Positions 40,601 through 47,413 of a stretch of 64,000 nucleotides of DNA are shown here, one piece after another. Origin of the DNA: a virus (lineage: Duplodnaviria; Heunggongvirae; Uroviricota; Caudoviricetes). The stretch covers positions 12,305 through 76,304 of IMG/VR virus record IMGVR_UViG_3300032315_001309. One strand, written 5' to 3'. Position 1 is the stretch's first letter; each line of letters begins with the position of its first letter. A program made the translations under genes and the position numbers. The notes under the pieces are model-generated. The model saw only the letters and a list, made by a program, of their open reading frames with translations. It searched no databases and was not told the origin of the DNA.

Positions 40601-40625
40601 TGCATTCATTATGAGAACTGCTTGA
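34608..40625 (+). CDS. giant tail-fibre/structural protein (2005 aa) with C-terminal phage tail-collar domain and His-rich terminus
   Basis: The C-terminal IMWNGTFAEAATLQPGWAICDGRTVNGRTTPDLRNRFIVGSAG matches the tail-collar pattern. The His/Gly tail is SHSHTGSTTGAGGHGHSVSDPGHSHD...GDHAHG. Long S/T/G/N-rich repetitive body. CTAAATAAACA upstream is late-promoter-like. Confidence 0.7.
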   Translation: MALNRLENFLKSSRGKVLHVNPENLDSTDAISNDGSSPFTPFKTINRALMEASRYSYQIGLGNDRFNFCTILLYSGEHLVDNRPGAVISDDGIVRVRSGSTTTINQFDINTILDITNSNNKLYLLNSVHGGVIVPRGTSIIAQDLRKTVVRPLYVPDPISSDTIDENIERSAIFRITGASFFFGFSILDASPNGFCYKNYNTSKFTPNYSHHKLTAFEYADGVNPVKIRDAFINLDTTRTDLDQYYEKISLVYGVSSGRTITDVNYVGGVSVDIQPIIDEYRIVGPRGEVVGISSIISGDGVTPSKVITVTLDGPATGISVDTSIQVSDVNEIGYDGQYVVASIPTTNQVQYITPNIPTDPNPPLFGATLNIISDTISSASPYVFNVSLRSVYGMCGLHADGSKVTGFKSVVVAQFTAVCLQKDDNAFVIYDEDSGNYVDSSVIPDLYKNTRSRYKPEFENYHIKVSNDSFAQLVSVFSIGYATQIVAESGGDYSITNSNSNFGAKTFISSGYKKDSFDQDDHGYIIGVIPPEEVNVDPVTVEFAQIDIGLTKSVSAGIGTTNRLYLYNKTDINSPPNVIMDGFTVGAKINDTINIELPTRASSKIVIPNTESSYAKSFNVQRQNNDFENAITGGVLTLTQSHTFESGEKVRVLSENGHLPDGLDDRVYYIIESSIDNTLLNTQVKLATTFNNSINNISILPNRKGGVLSIVSRVHDKIANDPGHPIQWDSVNNNWYITVSETDNGIYSVISPLSIDSTGRTFVIRTPDRRTEQNKLYKLIYSIPKNTATAARPPINGYIIQESNNSSLTNEELSRYFGSSSLTVDNEIRNPRFISDIRWVSGEIIVTTELPHKLNVGDFTEIVNVLPVGYNGTYQVLRTPSSRSFVYTSTNNPGIFSNDTRNRNIDLPYIKRKEIRDVFQIYKSEEVQKFIRDKQDGIYELTVIHNSVAPTVAPFTEFKFSQPLTNLYPRLDRDNLNIDPNPTVCFAHSNLIGSVLVNNPENSVTKESFNKFNSDLVVGFGVTGIVSNQTGTSHTIYTSVDHGLAGITSVSIVSTGASYISGTYYGVGVGTTSGGASASFKVVVDGTQRVSSVSLMNGGSNYSVGNRISIISGIGTTTGFIPAVLNVTSIADSIDNSVSVSGFGEKYLNYNDAYRITEIKNSNQVIVSSASTIIGFSTSIVPIIGAGIINGKIIPILSLTYNNITGISTVTLGRSSGIKLNSKIRITGFNSNLYNQDVVVTKVNSLTQVEVKTGISTTTPPTSGSGIVIPLGISPIVGKNRNSYYYSGISTTTGAALNSNASDSTPLNIRNATVTGLKQGDFIEVNSEIMRIKSPITSNLVPVYRGVFGTERTTHPINSLVKKVQIIPVELRRNSIIRASGHTFEYVGYGPGNYSTALPENQDREISTKERLLSQATKIGGGTIYYSGMDENGDFYSGNRKLSSSTGQEEVYDLPIPTVVGEYSTPNIAESDKLIVSSSITVNGGENNNAVSEFNGPIILNKKLTSYSPDGIETTSLFLQGDQEISRRHSISEDTPIIVGNYGDILYRATPNEGENIGWVYTTNDRWKTWGYVGDLGTLVYLYSGTESTSTLEGIVDSLKIVGDPNGFGIDVDIQIDPVVGFGTIVLRNPISIINFGTELSRNNPTFTNRSGGSRLVYYNNLNTTNVDYATGVSANSLWNSIPINDPSVNFKWFAGETEIASLNGVGNLTIAGTLNVSGGITGTITGNVTGNLTGTATSSITSANLTRSVVAGDGLAGGGSLNGQNVTLNIGTVVNGGIQVDGDSIQVDSTVVRTSGTQSISGAKTFNDGVSVTGNTSSTTFTGNGITPIGGIIMWNGTFAEAATLQPGWAICDGRTVNGRTTPDLRNRFIVGSAGDSGGISVATITGGVTKTGGNKDSIVVSHSHTGSTTGAGGHGHSVSDPGHSHDVTAAVTGVAFPSLTSTGGFGLVVTNTTIGTTGSGTGISISAVGDHAHGLSIDATGGSGTDANLPPYYALAFIMRTA

Positions 40626-40698
40626 TTAATGCAATATGTTTGAATTTATCATAAATAATTAAACTATAATAAGGTAGGCGCTCTCCTCCTTCATATAA

Positions 40699-42189
40699 AT
40701 GGCAATAGAAAGAAATTTTATAATAAAAAATGGACTTGAGGTTGCAGATAATTTATTAGTCACAAATAATGATAAGATTGGTATTGGTACAACTCAACCA
40801 AATTACGTTTTAGATATAGTTGGTGATGTTGCTTCATCGGGAAAATTATTATTTCCACCCGAAAATCAACCAAATTCAACAACTGGAACATTTAGTTCCC
40901 CGACTCCTTTTTTAGTTACAGGAATTAATACTTCCCTTTTCCGTGTATATGATTCATTAGATGACACTGGGAGTATATTAACTCCTGGTACTAAAGTTGT
41001 AAATATTGGAATATCTAGTATTAGTATTTTTCCTGGACATAATTTAGCTGTAGGTTCGGCCCAAACTACTATTTCTATCATTAGAAATGTAACTGCGGGG
41101 GAAGCAGAACAATTTTTAGTATCTAGGGGTCCAAGTCTACCTCCCGTTTGGAAAACAATTAGTGGCTTTGGTACCGTTAGTCCTGCCGGTATAGGTTCAA
41201 CTGGTCCTGCTGGTCCTGCTGGTCCTGCCGGTATAGGTTCAACTGGTCCTGCTGGTCCTGCCGGTATAGGTTCAACTGGTCCTGCTGGTCCTGCTGGTCC
41301 TGCCGGTATAGGTTCAACTGGTCCTGCTGGTCCTGCCGAATTCAGAAATGTTCTAATCAATGGAGATTTTCAGGTCAAGCAACAATACGGGACGACGGTA
41401 ACGCCTGGATTCACCACAAGTCTGTATGTAACCGATAGATGGGCAGCACAAGCTTTCGGTTCTGGACTAACCGCACAAACTGTTGTCACTGACCAGAGGG
41501 CCAGGCTGCAAATCAATGGTGCCGCAGGCAACTTTGGTTGCAACGTACTGCAGCGCATTGAGTCGGTCAATGTACTACACATGCGCAACAGTAGCGTTAC
41601 TCTTTCTGTCGATCTTGCAAATACGCTGTTAACGTCAGTCACCTGGGCTGCATATTATCCCAACACAATCGATACTTTTACGTCACTCACCCTGATTGCG
41701 TCAGGTACGTTTAACGTAACATCAACACTAGGGCGTTATAGTGCTACATTCAACATAGGCGACTTCGCTTGGAGAGGTGTCGAAATCCGCTTTTCTGTCG
41801 GCGCTCAGAGTTCAGGTACTTTTACCTTGCGTGACGCTATGTTAGAGCTAGGCACTGCGGCAACTCCCATGGAAAGAAGATCCTATGGCGCAGAGCTACA
41901 GCTTTGCCAACGCTATTTCCGCTGGGTTTCGTGTAACTCTACTCTCCGTGCTGTCATCAGTACCCAAACCCAAGAGACAGGAATAAACTGGCCCGAGATG
42001 AGGGTAACTCCAACAGCGGGAACTCCGGCCCCAGATCCAAACACACCTGGATTCTCTGAAACCACTAACGTCGCTTTCTTCTTTCTTGGGCGTATGACAC
42101 CATATGGCGGCTCTCTTATACTGACTAGCAATACCTCTGGTGTCTCATATACTCTCGGTTACCGAGCCTCTCTCTCTGCTGAACTATGA
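40699..42189 (+). CDS. collagen-repeat tail-fibre protein with GC-rich C-terminal domain
   Basis: GPAGIGSTGPAGPAGPAG... Gly-X-Y repeats lie in the middle. The N-terminus resembles phage fibre starts. The C-terminal 280 aa are encoded by about 50% GC DNA, against about 35% elsewhere. Confidence 0.65.
   Translation: MAIERNFIIKNGLEVADNLLVTNNDKIGIGTTQPNYVLDIVGDVASSGKLLFPPENQPNSTTGTFSSPTPFLVTGINTSLFRVYDSLDDTGSILTPGTKVVNIGISSISIFPGHNLAVGSAQTTISIIRNVTAGEAEQFLVSRGPSLPPVWKTISGFGTVSPAGIGSTGPAGPAGPAGIGSTGPAGPAGIGSTGPAGPAGPAGIGSTGPAGPAEFRNVLINGDFQVKQQYGTTVTPGFTTSLYVTDRWAAQAFGSGLTAQTVVTDQRARLQINGAAGNFGCNVLQRIESVNVLHMRNSSVTLSVDLANTLLTSVTWAAYYPNTIDTFTSLTLIASGTFNVTSTLGRYSATFNIGDFAWRGVEIRFSVGAQSSGTFTLRDAMLELGTAATPMERRSYGAELQLCQRYFRWVSCNSTLRAVISTQTQETGINWPEMRVTPTAGTPAPDPNTPGFSETTNVAFFFLGRMTPYGGSLILTSNTSGVSYTLGYRASLSAEL
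41178..41336 (+). repeat. tandem DNA repeat (33-nt unit ggtataggttcaactggtcctgctggtcctgcc plus 9-nt ggtcctgct sub-repeats) encoding collagen-like GPA triplets
   Basis: About four near-perfect copies read directly. The minus-strand ORF 40866-41360 mirrors them and is an artefact. Confidence 0.7.
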
Positions 42190-42623
42190 CCTACCAACTT
42201 ACTCGTTTTGGCACCATTATCCGCCTTTCTGATGGATTCACTATTCCCTTTGATTTGCGCAACATTGATTACCAAGAATATCTGAAATGGGTGGCGGAAG
42301 GCAATACCCCATTACCTGCACCTGAAGACATTCCCACCCCCAACTTCCGGGGATTTCTAGATGCCGTAATTGCCAGCCCCCTTTATCAGAAGGTAGGTGA
42401 ACAGTCCGTAACCACTCCAGCGGTCAACGTGGCATTTACCACCACGATGGGTGCCCTGATACTGGCCTCAACGGGCCAACCCAACCTGACAGCATTGCAA
42501 TCTGGGTTCAGTAATTTACTGGCGGCGATGACGGTCGATCAGAATGATCTGGACTCACTGCAAGCTTTACTTGTGGGTACCGGCCTGGATACCTTGATAA
42601 CCATAAGTGTTACCCCTAGTTAA
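42186..42623 (+). CDS. hypothetical protein (fibre-associated, within GC-rich module; possible tail-fibre chaperone)
   Basis: 145 aa, overlapping start (ATGA). Its composition is GC-rich and Ala/Thr/Leu-rich, unlike the rest of the proteome. Confidence 0.35.
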   Translation: MTYQLTRFGTIIRLSDGFTIPFDLRNIDYQEYLKWVAEGNTPLPAPEDIPTPNFRGFLDAVIASPLYQKVGEQSVTTPAVNVAFTTTMGALILASTGQPNLTALQSGFSNLLAAMTVDQNDLDSLQALLVGTGLDTLITISVTPS

Positions 42624-42763
42624 GTTTAAAAACACTAACACACACAACAGAATGTGTCAAGTGCATTGTGACAGTTATTGAATCGTCACATTTAGAATTG
42701 ACATTTTGATATATTGTGTCTAGAGTGTGTTTGTCGCTTTTGAAGTGTTTCTGTATATATTAT

Positions 42764-42799
42764 TAATTAGTGGACGGTTCGATAGCTGTCCACTAATTA
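42764..42799. promoter_or_regulatory. perfect 12-bp inverted repeat TAATTAGTGGAC-N12-GTCCACTAATTA
   Basis: Read directly. Lies in the 228-bp non-coding gap upstream of the helicase gene. A TTGACA-N17-TAGAGT promoter-like element sits around 42690-42720. Confidence 0.4.
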
Positions 42800-42851
42800 G
42801 CTGGTTCTAAAATAAATCGGTTATTATTATTTCATACTGATTCAATAATCA

Positions 42852-44084
42852 ATGACTTCTATCCTTCTTCGCCCACACCAAGGATCCGCTCTGGATTTGA
42901 TGGATATGTACGAAACTGGAAAGATTATTCTCCCAACCGGTTCCGGTAAGAGTATCGTTTTTATTCAGAATACTATTAATCAATTTGAACAGGAAACACC
43001 ACAGATTGTTTGTGTTGTTGCTCCTAGGTTGCTTCTTGCGTGTCAATTGTCTGCTGATTATGAACAGTATATCACTAACGCCAAATATCTACACGTTCAT
43101 TCTGGAAGTAAGCTAAAGCATTATCGCACCACCAATACTGCAGATATCGAAGAATGGTGTCGAATTCATAAAGATGAACATAGGCTAATTTTTACATCTT
43201 ATAATTCTCTACATAAGATTACTAATTCTTCTATCGACGTGAATACTTATCACTTTGATGAATGTCATAATTCTGTGAAGAAAAATTTCTTTCCACATAT
43301 TGAAACCGCAACAAAAAAGGCGAATAAAAAATATTTCTTCACTGCGACACCTAAAAACTCTAAAATTCCTACCAAAAAGCCTGGTATGAATATTCAAGAG
43401 GTTTATGGTCACACTATTTGTGATATTCCGATGACACAAATGGTCAAGAGTGGATATGTTCTACCTCCACTTGTGATTAAAAAGAAAGTCCATAATCTGA
43501 TGAATGACGATGAGCGCAATTGTGATCTGATTATCACAACTCTCGATGAACAAGCCCCATCTAAGGTTCTCATTGCAGCAAAATCCACTAAATCCATTAT
43601 CTCTTTGATTTCGGACACTGATTTTGTTACGCAACTACGTGATCGAGATTATCATATTTTACATATCACGGCTGCTCATGGTGCTTATATTGACGGTAAG
43701 CAAGTCAAGCGGGATGCATTCTTCCGTATATTGAATGAGTGGGGTCTAGATGATTCTAAAAAGTTTGTTCTTTTAAATTACTCGATTCTCTCTGAGGGTA
43801 TCAATTGCACTGGACTTGATTCTGTGATCTTTCTTCGCAATATGAATGTTATCGCTATGTGCCAAACTATTGGTCGCATCATTCGTCTACACAAGAAAGA
43901 TTCCGATAAGCTTGCTACTAATCAACTCGAAGTGGGTGATTATGACAACTACAAAAAGCCTTATGGTGTAGTTGTTCTTCCTGTTTATGATACTTACTCT
44001 GAGTCTATTGCTGATGCTGTAGAATCAGTGATTCATAAGTCGTTTGTTATGGGACAGACGGTCTCAGATGAAATCGAGAAGTGA
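42852..44084 (+). CDS. uvsW: UvsW-like DNA helicase (SF2)
   Basis: LRPHQ...ILPTGSGKS (motif I), FDECHN (DECH box) and TIGRIIRL (motif VI) parallel T4 UvsW (LNLPTSAGKS, DECH, TIGRVLR). 410 aa. Confidence 0.6.
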   Translation: MTSILLRPHQGSALDLMDMYETGKIILPTGSGKSIVFIQNTINQFEQETPQIVCVVAPRLLLACQLSADYEQYITNAKYLHVHSGSKLKHYRTTNTADIEEWCRIHKDEHRLIFTSYNSLHKITNSSIDVNTYHFDECHNSVKKNFFPHIETATKKANKKYFFTATPKNSKIPTKKPGMNIQEVYGHTICDIPMTQMVKSGYVLPPLVIKKKVHNLMNDDERNCDLIITTLDEQAPSKVLIAAKSTKSIISLISDTDFVTQLRDRDYHILHITAAHGAYIDGKQVKRDAFFRILNEWGLDDSKKFVLLNYSILSEGINCTGLDSVIFLRNMNVIAMCQTIGRIIRLHKKDSDKLATNQLEVGDYDNYKKPYGVVVLPVYDTYSESIADAVESVIHKSFVMGQTVSDEIEK

Positions 44085-44161
44085 CACTTCATTAACTGTC
44101 CACTATATTCACTAGGTTGCCACTGCTTGTGGTAGCCTATCTATATTATCAAGAAATCAAC

Positions 44162-45487
44162 ATGTTTAAAATCTCGGAAAATTCAAATCCAAATTATCTT
44201 GCTCAGATTGTAAGCCTGAAAAATATTCGACCACACCCAAATGCGGATCGACTTCAGCTATGTACAATTCAGGGAAATAATATTATTGTATCTCTAGATG
44301 CAAGTGAAGGGGATGTTTATATTTATTTTCCTCTAGAGTGTGCTATTAATAAAGAATATCTTTCTTGGTCGAATTCCTTTTCAGATAAAACTTTAAATCA
44401 AGACCAAGAAGAAGTTGGCTTTTTTAGTCATAAAGGTCGAGTTCGTGCTGTAAAACTCAGGGGAACCCCATCAGAAGGATATGCGATTCCCGCAGATAAA
44501 CTTCTACAATGGCTAAGTGAAAAGCTAGGTAAAAATATTACGTTAAATGAAAAGTGGATCAATCAGGAATTTGATACTTTTGATGGAATTCTTCTTTGTG
44601 AGAAGTATGTAAACCAAGTTCAACTTCGGTCACAGAAGAATCTGGAGAATAAAAAGAAAGGGAAGAAAGCTGTTGAATCGAAACTGCTTGCTGGGCAGTT
44701 CCACTTTCACATTGACACACCTCAACTTAAAAAACTGGTTTCACATATTTCACCTTCCGATTATATTTCTATTACTAAGAAGTATCACGGTACCAGTGCA
44801 GTTGTATCCAATATTCTTTGTTTCCGAAAACTCAATTGGTTTGAGAAACTTCTTAAGCGATTTGGCGTTAAAATTCAAGAATATGAATATGATCTTGTGT
44901 ACTCCAGCCGTAAAGTAATTAAAAATGGAAATCGACAAGACGATATTCAACATTATTATTCTTCAGATATTTGGGGTATTGCAGCTAAGTATGTTCAACC
45001 TAGCCTGGAACCTGGAATTACTCTATACATGGAAATTGTAGGTTTCGTGAATGGAGGTGGATATATTCAACGTGACTATGATTATGGTTGCGAACCAGGC
45101 AAGTATGATATCTACGTGTATCGAATCACACATACTGATCCAACTGGTCGAATTTTTGAATATTCCCCGGCACAAGTGGAAGAATACTGTAACCGAAAGG
45201 GTATCAAAGCAGTAGAAACATATTATTATGGTAAGGCTGGGGATCTATTTGATGTAGATGTAGAAAATCATTGGCATCAAAACTTCCTTCAAAAAATGTG
45301 TGAAACCTATCTAGAAAAAGATTGCAGTCTTTGTGCAAACAAAGTCCCTGATGAAGGAATTGTGCTTCGTCGGGATGTTCCGAATGATATTGATGTTTAC
45401 AAACTGAAATCATTCAAGTTTCTTATGAAAGAAACAGCACAACTCGATGACGAGAACTTTGTTGATATGGAATCAGCCGATATTTGA
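44162..45487 (+). CDS. RNA-ligase-like nucleotidyltransferase (Rnl2-type KxHGT motif)
   Basis: ITKKYHGTSAVV resembles ligase motif I of the Rnl2 family (KIHGTN in T4 Rnl2). There is an N-terminal extension of about 200 aa. The start could be ATG 44117 or ATG 44162 (MFKISEN...). Confidence 0.4.
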   Translation: MFKISENSNPNYLAQIVSLKNIRPHPNADRLQLCTIQGNNIIVSLDASEGDVYIYFPLECAINKEYLSWSNSFSDKTLNQDQEEVGFFSHKGRVRAVKLRGTPSEGYAIPADKLLQWLSEKLGKNITLNEKWINQEFDTFDGILLCEKYVNQVQLRSQKNLENKKKGKKAVESKLLAGQFHFHIDTPQLKKLVSHISPSDYISITKKYHGTSAVVSNILCFRKLNWFEKLLKRFGVKIQEYEYDLVYSSRKVIKNGNRQDDIQHYYSSDIWGIAAKYVQPSLEPGITLYMEIVGFVNGGGYIQRDYDYGCEPGKYDIYVYRITHTDPTGRIFEYSPAQVEEYCNRKGIKAVETYYYGKAGDLFDVDVENHWHQNFLQKMCETYLEKDCSLCANKVPDEGIVLRRDVPNDIDVYKLKSFKFLMKETAQLDDENFVDMESADI

Positions 45488-45491
45488 ATTT

Positions 45492-45743
45492 ATGAAAGAA
45501 AAGTATTTGACTACTAACCAAGTAGCCAAGATATTGGAAATTGACTCACCCGAAACAATTCACAATTGGTTAGAGGGTGGACAATTTCCAGGATCATTTT
45601 TAAATGATGAGGGATATTGGCAATTTCCTTTATATATTGTTGAATTGGTAAAATCACGTATGAATATTATTAAAAATTTAAACATCATAGGTGATATTTA
45701 TGTATCTGACATAAATGACGATTTTCAGCCACCTCTATCATAG
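45492..45743 (+). CDS. putative HTH DNA-binding protein (excisionase/MerR-like HTH_17)
   Basis: LTTNQVAKILEIDSPETIHNWLEGGQFPG fits the pattern helix, turn, helix, W, then G..P. The ATG at 45492 avoids overlap with the previous gene. Confidence 0.35.
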   Translation: MKEKYLTTNQVAKILEIDSPETIHNWLEGGQFPGSFLNDEGYWQFPLYIVELVKSRMNIIKNLNIIGDIYVSDINDDFQPPLS

Positions 45744-45836
45744 ATGTGCCACATAAAAAACTGTCCACTCGTGACCAAACCGCTTCAAAAATGACCTATT
45801 ATTGGTCTGTTCACCAAACAATACAACATCACACTT

Positions 45837-46184
45837 ATGGAACAAGTTACACCCACCATTCATTCTGCTACTGATTTTGCATACGACGAGTATGAAGAAG
45901 ATCTTTCAGTAATGGCCTATAATCGCGCCACTAAACAATGGGAAATGGCGGAACTATATGAAGTAGAAGATGGTATTTCACCATATACTCGCTTCTTTTT
46001 CGTTGATGAACTTCCCACTCCTAAGGAAGACTCTAAGTTTGATGCCGCCAAGGCCAAACTTGACGAAATGATCAATTGGATCAATCGGTGGTCTGTGAAG
46101 GCCCCTGCGGTAGATGAAGCCCTGAATGGCTTCAGGACTTCAATTCATGAAATCCTAGATCAAATTGAAGAGAGCCAGTCCTGA
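45837..46184 (+). CDS. hypothetical acidic protein
   Basis: 115-aa ORF. Confidence 0.35.
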   Translation: MEQVTPTIHSATDFAYDEYEEDLSVMAYNRATKQWEMAELYEVEDGISPYTRFFFVDELPTPKEDSKFDAAKAKLDEMINWINRWSVKAPAVDEALNGFRTSIHEILDQIEESQS

Positions 46185-46255
46185 AACTGGACTAAGTAAA
46201 CCAGATTCCGTTAATCCCTCTGCTATCCTAAACAGGTTAGTCGAGGGATTTTTCC

Positions 46256-46936
46256 ATGTCGGTATGTTTTATTTCTGATGTCCATTCTCAGTATGATAGA
46301 CTGCAGAAAGCAGTAGATTATGCAGAGAGCCAAAATCTTCAAATCATCTTTTTGGGTGATTTGTTTGACTCGCGGGTGGATTACTCCGACACTTTTGGCA
46401 CATTAAATCTAATGTATCGCTGTATCAAAAGTGGTCATCTTTGTGTAAACTCTAATCACCAAGATAAGCTTATTCGTTATCTGAAAGGAAATAAAGTTGT
46501 ACAGAACAATGGCCTAGAGGTAACCGTTCGCCAACTGGAAGAAAATCAAGTAAACAAAACTGATCTACTGAATTTTCTCTCTTCTTTTGCCTATGGGATT
46601 GTTTGTAAAAACTCTCACGGAAAACAATTTCGGGTAGCTCATGCATACTTTCCAAATTTCCTGAATGTAGCAAAAACTGATGAGGTTCAATTCTTTCATG
46701 GAGAAAATCTGAATCGCAAGGCCAAAAATCTAATGATCTATGGTCCGACTGATCGGGATAATCTCAGGACCTTTTGGTGGAATTCTGAGAACAACAGTCG
46801 TGATTATATTAAAGTTGCTGGACATTATCACACTGTTCATGTTGATGATCACTCTGTGATCATTGATAGTGGTTGTGGTAGTGGTGGTTGTCTTTCTCTC
46901 TATGTTGCGGACACTACTGTTATTAAGGAGTTTTGA
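46256..46936 (+). CDS. calcineurin-like metallophosphoesterase (lambda-PPase / ApaH / Pnkp-phosphatase-type)
   Basis: Motif order ISDVHS (DxH), then FLGDLFDSR (GDxxDR), then VNSNHQD (GNH[DE]-like). Confidence 0.6.
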   Translation: MSVCFISDVHSQYDRLQKAVDYAESQNLQIIFLGDLFDSRVDYSDTFGTLNLMYRCIKSGHLCVNSNHQDKLIRYLKGNKVVQNNGLEVTVRQLEENQVNKTDLLNFLSSFAYGIVCKNSHGKQFRVAHAYFPNFLNVAKTDEVQFFHGENLNRKAKNLMIYGPTDRDNLRTFWWNSENNSRDYIKVAGHYHTVHVDDHSVIIDSGCGSGGCLSLYVADTTVIKEF

Positions 46937-47413
46937 ATGAATTATAAAAAATTGGAACCCTTTAAGGATGTTTTGTTGTTGAATGCGGATTACAATCCAA
47001 TTTCAATCATCAAATGGCGAAGAGCGGTTGTACTTCTCATGAAGAATCGAGTGAAATTCATTTCAAAACGAGTAGTATGTCTTTTTACATATATTAAAAT
47101 CCCACATCATAGACTTCTGAGCGTTAGACCGACAAAAAATCTAATTAAAAAATTTTGTAACTATCAATGTAGTTATTGTGGATCCATCAAAGATCTAACA
47201 ATTGATCACATTATTCCACTATCTCGTGGTGGTCTTCATGCCTTTGAAAACTTGACTTGTGCATGTTTAAAATGCAATGCAGAAAAGGGAAACAGAACGC
47301 CTGAAGAATGGGGAAAGCCACTGTATGTCAAGACATACAAACCTTTCAGTAGATTAGAAATTATTCTCAAAACTTCTAAGGTTGATGAATGGCTTGATTA
47401 TGTCTACAACTGA
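46937..47413 (+). CDS. HNH endonuclease (McrA-like)
   Basis: CNYQCSYCG...LTIDHIIPLSRGGLHAFENLTCACLKCNAEKGN is an HNH motif with flanking Cys pairs. Confidence 0.65.
   Translation: MNYKKLEPFKDVLLLNADYNPISIIKWRRAVVLLMKNRVKFISKRVVCLFTYIKIPHHRLLSVRPTKNLIKKFCNYQCSYCGSIKDLTIDHIIPLSRGGLHAFENLTCACLKCNAEKGNRTPEEWGKPLYVKTYKPFSRLEIILKTSKVDEWLDYVYN

Noticed and set aside
41178-41336. Possible CRISPR array
   Set aside because: The repeats are directly tandem, with no unique spacers, lie inside a coding sequence and translate to collagen Gly-X-Y triplets.
40866-41360. 164-aa minus-strand ORF rich in PAGPAGP
   Set aside because: It is the reverse-complement reading of the collagen-like tandem repeats of the + strand fibre gene, an artefact of repeat symmetry.
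41370-42131. Minus-strand ORFs 41370-41642 and 41913-42131
   Set aside because: They lie inside the GC-rich part of the + strand fibre gene, where stop codons are depleted on all frames. There is no independent support.
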